NCBI GenBank assembly: GCA_017458005.1
Contig: JAFTGH010000033.1
Location: 62,091 to 126,090, forward strand
Reading direction: 5' to 3'
Origin: Prevotella sp.
GTDB lineage: Bacteria > Bacteroidota > Bacteroidia > Bacteroidales > Bacteroidaceae
DNA length: 64,000 nucleotides
Shown piece by piece: positions 44,972-53,163 of this stretch. The first letter of the stretch is position 1. Each line of letters starts with the position of its first letter. The notes below the pieces were generated by a model, which was not told the origin of the DNA, made no database searches, and saw only the letters and a list, made by a program, of their open reading frames with translations. The translations under genes and the position numbers were made by a program.

Positions 44972-47839
44972 TTACTGATATATTAAGATGTTCTGTAATA
45001 CAATGCCAGGGTCTAGCAGATAGACTTTCAGAAGTTGCCGTCCTGAGAGTGAGGCTGGAATCTGAATACTGCGGGAGGCATACCCCCTCAATACATTCCA
45101 ACGCCATTCGGCGGTGAAGTCATTGGCGTGAATGGAAAAGACCTGAGGAGTAGCGCCACCTAACTGAACAGCGTAGCGTGCGTCACGCTCATGATAGACA
45201 TGGAGTGTCGGCAAGGTACGAATCTCAATAACCCTATCTTCTGGTTGTAAGTCGAGCGGATATTCCACATAAGGGGCTGAGACAATATCAGGCAATTGAT
45301 AGGAGGGGGTATTGAAGGACTGCACAAGGACACCATCAGTGAACCCCAGTCCCTCTATCTTGGTGATTTGCCCTGCGGCTGGTTCCTGACCGTTGTAGGA
45401 CCTCTGGAAATCACCAGCGGCAATACGCTGGCGGGGCTCCGAGGCAAACGGAGGATACAATCCGAGGAAGATACGGTCTATCCGTGCGTCAGCCTTCAAT
45501 TCTGAAATAGAAAGATGGTTTATGCCTTTCTTCAAATGCAATATGCCAACCTGACTCCACATCGGACCCACATAAGGTGCATGCCAAACATTATTGATGG
45601 GTGTGGCTGAGGCATCGAAAGATTTGTTGTCTGTCGTGACACGACAGAACACGTTGTTTTCAGGTGCCTTAGAGAAGTTGCGGATGGGCGTTAATGCTTC
45701 TATCCAAAGGGGAATCTCCGCGTCTACATCACTCTCGATGACCGCCCCCTCACGACTGGTGGCATCAGTGACACTGAGGAACCTCGATGGTGGCATCGAC
45801 TTGACAGCGTCCAATATCTGTGGTGTAGCAACAGGTGGGTCTATCTTGTCGGAACGGAACCAATGGTAGGGTTGCCAGTTGAAAAACTCGCACCACTTGC
45901 CCTGTCGGATCTCTTCATTGTAGTGGCGTGTCCATTCGTTGAGTTGTCGGAACATCTGTTGTACACGGTTAGCGTCTGCCATAGCCCCAATACTGTCAAG
46001 ACGTGTCGCCCTGACCATACTGCGGCGAGCCAACAACTGATATTCATTGAGCATCGCAGCCCCACGAATAGGATAACAGACCAGTTCGAAGTAAGCATCC
46101 TGCAAGTCGGCTGGTATGCGACCGGCAAGTTGTGCAGCCTCCGTCTCAAGACTTCTGGACTCTCGAAGTCTTTCTGCCACCTGCTGTTCTGTATAGTCAA
46201 TGAACCAGACATGGGCATCCTTGCCACCAGCCTGTAACCGATAATACCGTGTCATCAGGTCGGCAATGTCCTGCGCCACCGCTGGACTGAATGTCTTTTC
46301 TGCCCAGTATCTGATATAGTTGTGCGCCTCAGAGGGTTTCCAACGGTCGATGTTCCAGGCAAGGTCCATCACGAAGGAGATCTCCTTCTCTGCGGGTTTG
46401 ATATCGCCCACATTGAACACCCATATCTTCCGTGCTCCAAAGGTATATGCCTTCGTAAGTTCCGTGGCAAGGAAAGGGGGTGATAGCGGACTGAGCCATA
46501 TCCAACTGGCGGGGTCGCCATGATACGACAGGTGATAGTAGATGCCTGCCCCTCCCTGACGCTGCATCTCTGTGGGATTGCAGAGGTTACGGCAGTAGCC
46601 ATGCTTGTCGTCACTCCAGAGCAGGGTGACATCCTCGGGTACTTGTAGCCCGTTATGATAGGCGTCAAGCACCTCCTCATAGGTACAAAGCACTTGCGGA
46701 ATCTCCTCTAACGGTTTGTTGATGTTACGACGCAGCATGTCACGCTGGTCATTGATTGCCTGTTGCATAAGGGCGACACGCTCCGCTGTGGTATTGGCTC
46801 CCTCCATCGGGTAGTCATGGATACCACGAAGTCCTAAGGTATAAGTGTTTTCGTACTTACCATTGGTTTTGACACGAGTCTCCCAGTAATCATGCATCGT
46901 TTGGCGATTGGTGATATAGTTGAAGTCGCCAAACGTACCAGGTTTTTTTTGCTCTATCGCCTTCCATTCCCCCTCGTTATTGCGCAGCATCTGCTCACAA
47001 TGCGAGGAGCCCATGACGATGGCATAGTCGTCCGCAAGGCGCGCATTCTCAGAATCGGCATTGAAAGCCTGAGTGCCAGGGTGCATCGCAGGCCATAGAT
47101 AATTAGCCTTCAGGCGCAGCAACAACTCGAAGACTTGCTGATAGACCTTGGGACCTACTTTGCCACTCTCTTTGTCAAACGTCTGCTCGACCCACCTTGC
47201 CCAACCTCCGAATCGCTCATCATTGATAAAGATACCACGATACTGCACGGAGGGCTCTCCCTGACGGAAGATTCCTGGCTCAACATAAAGTCCAGACTTA
47301 TGCGCTGGTGTCACGTCAGCCCACCAGTACCAAGGTGATACCCCTATCGCTTCACTGAGTGATGTCAGTCCGAAGGCTGTTCCTCGGCGGTCGCTCCCCA
47401 TGACAACCAAGAGGGGTGTATGATATTGGGGGTGTTGCACCGTCGTGATGATAAAGGACTCCCATTTCCCTTTGATGTCGCTGATATTGACAATCCCCTT
47501 TTCCACCAACCAGTCTATCAGACAACTTTGTCCTATTGTTCCTGCCACGACAGCGGCATGACGTGGCAGTGCGTGATGACTGGATACCTTCCTTGTCTCT
47601 GGCAGTTGACCAGTCACCCTCTCCACGTCATCAGCAAACATCTTCGCTGTGATACCAACTACGGCATAGTCTTCGGCATCCGTATAGATAGGGGCGACCT
47701 GACCATTGGTGCAGAATGGGAAATAGCCGTCTTTGGCGGTTTCCACTATTTGGGGTAATGTTTGACTGTTGACAGTCAGACACATCACCATATAAATAGT
47801 CTGAAGCAACGATTTTCTTAGCATCTTTATTCCTTTCAC
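44972..47839 (-). CDS. GH115 family glycoside hydrolase (alpha-glucuronidase-like)
   Basis: 955 aa; GTAFGLTSLSEAIGVSPWYWWADV and downstream GH115-type pattern. Confidence 0.85.
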   Translation of the reverse strand: MKGIKMLRKSLLQTIYMVMCLTVNSQTLPQIVETAKDGYFPFCTNGQVAPIYTDAEDYAVVGITAKMFADDVERVTGQLPETRKVSSHHALPRHAAVVAGTIGQSCLIDWLVEKGIVNISDIKGKWESFIITTVQHPQYHTPLLVVMGSDRRGTAFGLTSLSEAIGVSPWYWWADVTPAHKSGLYVEPGIFRQGEPSVQYRGIFINDERFGGWARWVEQTFDKESGKVGPKVYQQVFELLLRLKANYLWPAMHPGTQAFNADSENARLADDYAIVMGSSHCEQMLRNNEGEWKAIEQKKPGTFGDFNYITNRQTMHDYWETRVKTNGKYENTYTLGLRGIHDYPMEGANTTAERVALMQQAINDQRDMLRRNINKPLEEIPQVLCTYEEVLDAYHNGLQVPEDVTLLWSDDKHGYCRNLCNPTEMQRQGGAGIYYHLSYHGDPASWIWLSPLSPPFLATELTKAYTFGARKIWVFNVGDIKPAEKEISFVMDLAWNIDRWKPSEAHNYIRYWAEKTFSPAVAQDIADLMTRYYRLQAGGKDAHVWFIDYTEQQVAERLRESRSLETEAAQLAGRIPADLQDAYFELVCYPIRGAAMLNEYQLLARRSMVRATRLDSIGAMADANRVQQMFRQLNEWTRHYNEEIRQGKWCEFFNWQPYHWFRSDKIDPPVATPQILDAVKSMPPSRFLSVTDATSREGAVIESDVDAEIPLWIEALTPIRNFSKAPENNVFCRVTTDNKSFDASATPINNVWHAPYVGPMWSQVGILHLKKGINHLSISELKADARIDRIFLGLYPPFASEPRQRIAAGDFQRSYNGQEPAAGQITKIEGLGFTDGVLVQSFNTPSYQLPDIVSAPYVEYPLDLQPEDRVIEIRTLPTLHVYHERDARYAVQLGGATPQVFSIHANDFTAEWRWNVLRGYASRSIQIPASLSGRQLLKVYLLDPGIVLQNILIYQ

Positions 47840-48616
47840 TTATCCCATCACCACATCAAGCACCATCATGAGTACAAAGCCTATGGCAAAACCGATGGTG
47901 CTAAGGTTGGAATGTTTGCCTTCTGAGGCTTCGGGAATGAGTTCTTCTACTACGACATAAAACATGGCACCTGCGGCAAAGGCAAGCAGATACGGCAAGG
48001 CTGGTGTCATGAGCGAGGCAAGCAATACCACGGCAAGTCCACCAATAGGCTCCACGACACCACTCAGGCTGCCAATGACAAACGAACGCCATTTCGAGTT
48101 ACCTGCCGCCCGCATGGGCATCGAGATAATCGCCCCCTCGGGCACGTTCTGGATAGCAATACCAATAGATACGGCAAGAGCACTGGCAAGCGACAGACCT
48201 GCTGCACCATTCTCCGCACCAGCGAACACCACACCGACAGCCATACCCTCAGGCAGGTTGTGGATGGTAACGGCAAGGGCGAGCATCGCCGTGCGGGACA
48301 AATGAGAGCGGGGACCTTCTGGTGTGTCGGTACCGATATGCAAGTGTGGGGTCAGTTCATCAATCAAAAGCAGAAATCCTATACCCAATAGGAAGCCCAG
48401 CGCAGCAGGAAATACTGACCATGCCCCTTTTGATTCCTCCATCTCCATGGCAGGGATAAGCAGCGACCATACAGAGGCTGCCACCATCACGCCAGAGGCA
48501 AAACCGAGTAACGACTTTTGGACTCGGGGCGACATCTCGTCCTTCATCAGAAAGACGAATGCCGCCCCGAGCATGGTTCCCAACAAGGGGATAAGTAGTC
48601 CGATTGCTAATGCCAT
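47840..48616 (-). CDS. ZIP-family divalent metal transporter (ZupT-like)
   Basis: 8-TM pattern; HNLPEGMAVG and QNVPEG motifs. Confidence 0.9.
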   Translation of the reverse strand: MALAIGLLIPLLGTMLGAAFVFLMKDEMSPRVQKSLLGFASGVMVAASVWSLLIPAMEMEESKGAWSVFPAALGFLLGIGFLLLIDELTPHLHIGTDTPEGPRSHLSRTAMLALAVTIHNLPEGMAVGVVFAGAENGAAGLSLASALAVSIGIAIQNVPEGAIISMPMRAAGNSKWRSFVIGSLSGVVEPIGGLAVVLLASLMTPALPYLLAFAAGAMFYVVVEELIPEASEGKHSNLSTIGFAIGFVLMMVLDVVMG

Positions 48617-49557
48617 TATGCCTTATTAAACTTCTCTTTGGGTTGCTTGCAACGTGGACAACGCCAGTCGTCGGGCAGGTCTTCAAAGGCAACACCGTCA
48701 TGCTCTGCGGGGTCATAGACATAGCCGCAGACGCTGCAAACGTACTTACCCGAAGCCTCAGCCTTAGAGAAATCCACCTCCGCAAGGACGGTGGGCACGG
48801 GGTTGTCGAGATCTATCACACGCTTCGCCTCTAAGTTCTCATAGCCCTGTGGTGTGTGGGTGCCCATATAAACGGTAGGATTGTTACGGACGAACTCCCG
48901 TACCCGATCCAATGTCTCACGGGCGGCGGGCAGGTCGTCATAGACCACCGACAGTTTGTTCTCATACAACGCCTCGTCCACGTAAGTGATGTCGGCTTGG
49001 AACATGTAGTAGAGTCCGTCGCTCTCGGCAATCACCAGACTATTTCCATTCGTATGTCCCTTTGCCTTGATAAACCATACACCATCGCAAATCTTCTGTG
49101 TCTCGGGGAAGTTATGATAGGGACCGTCAGTATAGGTTACAGGCACCAAGTTGGACAAGCCCTTCAGTTCCTCAGCCTGCGTCTCGTCTGCTCCTACATA
49201 GATCTTCGCATTAGGGAACGAGCGGAGTTCACCGCTGTGGTCACCATGGCGATGGGTGAGCAGAATCTTCGTCACCTGCTCAGGTTTGTAGCCTAATGCG
49301 GCAAGCGCATCCATATAACTACAGATGTCTTTGCCTGTATAGGCCATTGCTTTCTCGTCGATAACCTCCTCGGGGAAGCCTGCGGGTAGACCGGTATCTA
49401 CCAAAATAACCTCTGCACCCGTGTCGATCAGATAGTTCTGCAGACTACCACGGTAGCGGATGTTATGGTCGAACTTGTCGGCACCCTCCTCGCCGCCAAA
49501 GGCGAAGGGCTGGGTATAGTACCCATCCCTTCTGAATTTTACAGCCTTGATTATCAT
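48616..49557 (-). CDS. MBL-fold metallo-hydrolase fused to a C-terminal rubredoxin domain
   Basis: HxHxDH motif THRHGDHSG. Rubredoxin [21 protein letters not shown]. Start taken at MIIKAV (49557). Confidence 0.85.
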   Translation of the reverse strand: MIIKAVKFRRDGYYTQPFAFGGEEGADKFDHNIRYRGSLQNYLIDTGAEVILVDTGLPAGFPEEVIDEKAMAYTGKDICSYMDALAALGYKPEQVTKILLTHRHGDHSGELRSFPNAKIYVGADETQAEELKGLSNLVPVTYTDGPYHNFPETQKICDGVWFIKAKGHTNGNSLVIAESDGLYYMFQADITYVDEALYENKLSVVYDDLPAARETLDRVREFVRNNPTVYMGTHTPQGYENLEAKRVIDLDNPVPTVLAEVDFSKAEASGKYVCSVCGYVYDPAEHDGVAFEDLPDDWRCPRCKQPKEKFNKA

Positions 49558-49564
49558 ATCTACA

Positions 49565-49738
49565 TTACTTTGCAGGTTCCCATTTGCAACGGACGGGCGA
49601 TACGATGGCACCCTCCTTCTTCAACTCGGCAAAAACCTTGTCAACTTCCTTACGGTCAGCACCCAGTGCCTTCGTCACGTCGCCAGCCGAGACGGGCTTG
49701 CCAGCCTCGCGCATAGCCTGTAATACCTTTTCTTTCAT
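49565..49738 (-). CDS. Small (57 aa) winged-helix-like putative DNA-binding protein, below ORF-track cutoff
   Basis: My translation is [57 protein letters not shown]. It sits 7 nt upstream of the MBL-rubredoxin gene. Confidence 0.6.
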   Translation of the reverse strand: MKEKVLQAMREAGKPVSAGDVTKALGADRKEVDKVFAELKKEGAIVSPVRCKWEPAK

Positions 49739-49757
49739 ATTTCGTAGTAGTTTGTAA

Positions 49758-50228
49758 TCACATCATTGCGGTGAGGAAATTCTCGTAACCCAGTTTGTCG
49801 ATATAGTTGAGGTACTGAGCCATCCAAGCCACGTGCTCTTTCTCACCGTCAATCCACTTATAAATCAGTTTCTGCGTGGGATAGTCATCAGCGAAGGCTG
49901 TGGCCATCTCGCTCATCATCCTGATGGCATCTTGGGCTTCGGGCGAGTAGTCAGACTCTAACTGCTGCTTCGGGTCATCGTAGAAGGGGAACTCCTGAGT
50001 CTTCATCGCCTCCTGCAAGTCAGCGGGCTTGCAGCCGAGTTCTACCAAACGCTGCAGCACTTCCTCTGCCTCTTCCCATTCCTCTTCAGCCTCTTCCTTC
50101 CACTTATCAGCAAGTTTATTCCAGCCCTGCAGACGGCAGTATGCCGAGAAGGCAAAATGTTGTTTACTGTTACCAAACCATGCAGCACCGAGTCCGGCAA
50201 ACTGCTTCAATGCTTCTTCTTTAGTCAT
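49758..50228 (-). CDS. Ferritin-like four-helix-bundle domain protein
   Basis: 156 aa, Glu-rich helical pattern (EEEWEEAEEVLQRLVELG, GEKEHVAWMAQYL). The family call is tentative. Confidence 0.65.
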   Translation of the reverse strand: MTKEEALKQFAGLGAAWFGNSKQHFAFSAYCRLQGWNKLADKWKEEAEEEWEEAEEVLQRLVELGCKPADLQEAMKTQEFPFYDDPKQQLESDYSPEAQDAIRMMSEMATAFADDYPTQKLIYKWIDGEKEHVAWMAQYLNYIDKLGYENFLTAMM

Positions 50229-50278
50229 AATTCTTTCTCCTTTTAGTTATTAATAAATGATTCTAATAATTTCAATTG

Positions 50279-50286
50279 CAAAGTTA
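50279..50286 (-). promoter_or_regulatory. -7 box TAacTTTG, ferritin-like/MBL-rubredoxin/ZIP operon
   Basis: 51 nt upstream of ATG 50228. Confidence 0.55.
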
Positions 50287-50399
50287 GGTCTATTTCCACA
50301 TATCGTCTCTGTCTGAAACAAACAAAAATTCTACCCAAACAAACTTTTTCGCTTTTCCTTTTGGTTTTTCACATTATTTATATTACCTTCGCCACCAAT

Positions 50400-51278
50400 A
50401 TGTATAAGTTGAGAGATTTCCTAACATCGATACTTGGTATGTCATACGATGACATGGCATTTGACGAGTTTTATTGCTCAGAGAGCAACACCCGCCTAAC
50501 GTTTCTTACCAATCAGATGCAGGAGACGTTAGCAGGCTACTCCTATACATTGGTGCACGAAGGGTGGTTAGAACTGCTTTACAATAATCGTATGCTGACG
50601 CTCCAAAAAGGTGACCTCATGATATATTCCCCTGGTGTGCAAATCAGAATCATCAACGGTTCGAAGAATTATCATTCCGCCTGCCTAATGGTCGATGAGC
50701 AGGCAGCACTCGAGATTCCCAGTGTTCGCAATGTGGTGCACACTGCCTATCAGCCTATTGCCGAACTCGGACGCCCTGTTATCCATCTTGATGAGCAGCA
50801 AGCAGCCCACTTCTGGCAGCATATGCTTGAAATCATCCGCTATCAGCGCTCCAATCACCGTTATCTGCACGAGGCCCTGCGCACACTGTTCACGCAGTTT
50901 GTCCTTGACTTAATGGATGTCATGGCACAGAACATCGGTCCAGGACAGGTCAGCGAGCGCGCCACAGAACAATTCATCGCTTTCATGCGCTTGCTTACCA
51001 CGCATTTTATTGAGCACCATGACATTGGTTTCTATGCCGAGAGGCTCCACATCACTACCATCCATCTCTCCCGCATTGTCCGACAGGTGACGGGGCGCAC
51101 TGTTATTGACTATATCAACCAGATGCTGCTGATGGAGGCCTCATGGCTGCTACAAACTACCGATCTTAGTATAGCCGCTATCGCTGAAAACCTCCACTTC
51201 TCCGACCAATCGAGTTTCGGACGATTCTTTACACGGATGAGAGGTATTAGCCCAAAAGCATATAGGATGGAGAAATAA
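50400..51278 (+). CDS. AraC-family transcriptional regulator
   Basis: C-terminal HTH_18 pattern (YAERLHITTIHLSRIVRQVTGRTVIDYI..LHFSDQSSFGRFFTRMRGISPKAY). Confidence 0.9.
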   Translation: MYKLRDFLTSILGMSYDDMAFDEFYCSESNTRLTFLTNQMQETLAGYSYTLVHEGWLELLYNNRMLTLQKGDLMIYSPGVQIRIINGSKNYHSACLMVDEQAALEIPSVRNVVHTAYQPIAELGRPVIHLDEQQAAHFWQHMLEIIRYQRSNHRYLHEALRTLFTQFVLDLMDVMAQNIGPGQVSERATEQFIAFMRLLTTHFIEHHDIGFYAERLHITTIHLSRIVRQVTGRTVIDYINQMLLMEASWLLQTTDLSIAAIAENLHFSDQSSFGRFFTRMRGISPKAYRMEK

Positions 51279-51329
51279 TAGAAATCAACTAATAGCATAC
51301 GTCCTATCAAGTAGCCCACGATATTTGCT

Positions 51330-51953
51330 TTATCTGATAAAGTGCATTGGTTGCCACTCCTCACGCTCAGGATAATCGGGGTTGCCGTCTGCGTGAATCT
51401 TCTTTAGCATCCATGCCATGTTGTCTGCCATTGTCCTCATCGTCTGCATACCCTCTGTATCAAGAGCCGCCTGACCTTCCTCACGTCCATAGACGATGTT
51501 CCAATATTGAGAGGTAACCACCGGCATATTCATCATCTGGAAGGGCATATTCATGGTCTGAAACGCTGCTGTGGCACCACCACGACGACACACGCAGACG
51601 GCTGCGGCTGGCTTGTTCACGACTTTTTCCCCTGCTGAGAAAAACATACGCTGAATCAGAGAAAGCACGGAACCATTAGGCTGACCATAATAGACGGGTG
51701 AGCCTACGATAAGCGCATCTGCCGTGTCAAGTTTCTCAGAGATGCGGTTACACACATCATCGTCGAACACGCAGCGCCCTAATTGCTTGATTTTACATTG
51801 CCCACAAGCAATACAGCCACGAACTGCCTTTGTACCGATCTGTACAATCTCTGTCTCAATACCCTGTTGTTCCAATGTCTTTGCTGCCTCGCTCAGTGCA
51901 AGGAATGTGTTACCTTTCTTACGGGGACTGCCGTTAATTAATAAGACTTTCAT
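51330..51953 (-). CDS. Iron-sulfur flavoprotein / flavodoxin-like FMN reductase
   Basis: MKVLLINGSPRKKGNT plus a compact Cys motif CIACGQCKIKQLGRC (CxxCxxCx7C). Confidence 0.85.
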   Translation of the reverse strand: MKVLLINGSPRKKGNTFLALSEAAKTLEQQGIETEIVQIGTKAVRGCIACGQCKIKQLGRCVFDDDVCNRISEKLDTADALIVGSPVYYGQPNGSVLSLIQRMFFSAGEKVVNKPAAAVCVCRRGGATAAFQTMNMPFQMMNMPVVTSQYWNIVYGREEGQAALDTEGMQTMRTMADNMAWMLKKIHADGNPDYPEREEWQPMHFIR

Positions 51954-52109
51954 AATTCCATATTTGTTTTAGTTTAAATAATTCTTCATGCAAAGTTACG
52001 GAAAATTCATCAGATTTCGTTATTTTGTACCTGATATTTTAGATCTCCTTGTAGGTAGCCAAATCAGGCTCATCGTCACCATACTCAATACAATTGCCGT
52101 TTTCGACGG

Positions 52110-52170
52110 CAAAGGTACGAAAAAATCCGCAACCGCACTTACACGATTTACGGATTTTTTCGTACCTTTG
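52110..52170. repeat. 20-bp perfect inverted repeat, each arm carrying a TAccTTTG -7 box
   Basis: caaaggtacgaaaaaatccg (52110-52129) and cggattttttcgtacctttg (52151-52170), with a 21-nt spacer. Confidence 0.9.
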
Positions 52171-52178
52171 CAAGCGAA

Positions 52179-52586
52179 ATGAGAAGATATCTGTTTCGTA
52201 TCAGTCTTGTTGCCACATTGCTGTGTGGCTTTCTCCTTGGTTCAGTTGGCAAGGCACAGGGCGCTGTGGCAAGTCAGCAAGATAAACAGCAGATAAAACA
52301 GTACGATGGATGGATTCACTATGTGGCCGAGGAACCTGAAACGGCTCCTGTTCCGGCACTACGTCCTTCGACACCGTCGCATCGTGTTGCCTCTCACCGT
52401 TCCGTCCGACTGTTGCCTACTCATGGCGGCAAACTCAGTCAGCACTCAGGGTGCTGGGCGAAGGAACAAAGGTCTCACCTTACTAAATGCATACTGCATC
52501 CATGCATCGGCCATCATCAGACCAGTATGGTTGCTTCGCCTCCGCGCCGATACTATGTCATTGCGCTGAGACGGCTTCTTTGTTAG
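52179..52586 (+). CDS. Hypothetical exported protein (135 aa)
   Basis: Signal peptide ..GKAQG. ATG lies 8 nt after a perfect TAccTTTG box. Arg/His/Ser/Pro-rich, no family recognised. Confidence 0.45.
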   Translation: MRRYLFRISLVATLLCGFLLGSVGKAQGAVASQQDKQQIKQYDGWIHYVAEEPETAPVPALRPSTPSHRVASHRSVRLLPTHGGKLSQHSGCWAKEQRSHLTKCILHPCIGHHQTSMVASPPRRYYVIALRRLLC

Positions 52587-52649
52587 CGATGTATCTTCCC
52601 TTGACAGAAAGGAGGATTATCACATCATTAATAAAGAAACAAAACACAA

Positions 52650-53045
52650 ATGGCAAATATCAAGAATCTGCAGATGTGGAATACCATCTGCGCTGATGCT
52701 CGTATCAGTATCAGCAAGTCGCTCTTTGGTCTGCGAACCACAGCGACATATACACTAACAAACAGCATCATTGACGCAAAGTCTTTCGAATACTCACCTG
52801 CCGACGGTGAACACCTGAAGCGGCTGATTGATACCCCAAAAGAGAGGATAGCCGACGCTATTAATGGCTTCCGTCCGAAAGCAACGGTCAATGGTAACTA
52901 TATGGCCGAGGTCTGCGCCTCGCGTGACGGACAGTTCTTGGCTGTCCTGCTTCTTCAATTCATACGGATGAACTACGAACCTGTAACTGAGGTGGTCGTC
53001 TTTGAAGGTGATGATGCTAAAGCGCTCCATACGCTGTTCGAGTAA
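52650..53045 (+). CDS. Hypothetical protein (131 aa)
   Basis: Clean ORF with balanced composition, followed by a strong hairpin terminator. Confidence 0.65.
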   Translation: MANIKNLQMWNTICADARISISKSLFGLRTTATYTLTNSIIDAKSFEYSPADGEHLKRLIDTPKERIADAINGFRPKATVNGNYMAEVCASRDGQFLAVLLLQFIRMNYEPVTEVVVFEGDDAKALHTLFE

Positions 53046-53068
53046 GACAATATCATCCTGATAAACAG

Positions 53069-53103
53069 CGAGGGCACATCACTATTGATGTGCCCTCGTT
53101 TTC
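53069..53103. terminator. Hairpin between convergent genes
   Basis: cgagggcacatc / gatgtgccctcg 12-bp stem followed by TTTT. Confidence 0.8.
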
Positions 53104-53163
53104 AATACTATACAAGTAGAATGATTCATGATGAATTATTGACAAAAGGGCTCCATTATTTCA

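Noticed and set aside
52306-52569. Alternative-frame 87-aa ORF inside the 52179-52586 gene
   Set aside because: It has no promoter or signal of its own and lies wholly within the ORF that has the promoter-proximal ATG and signal peptide. It is noted only as a reason for lowering confidence in that region.
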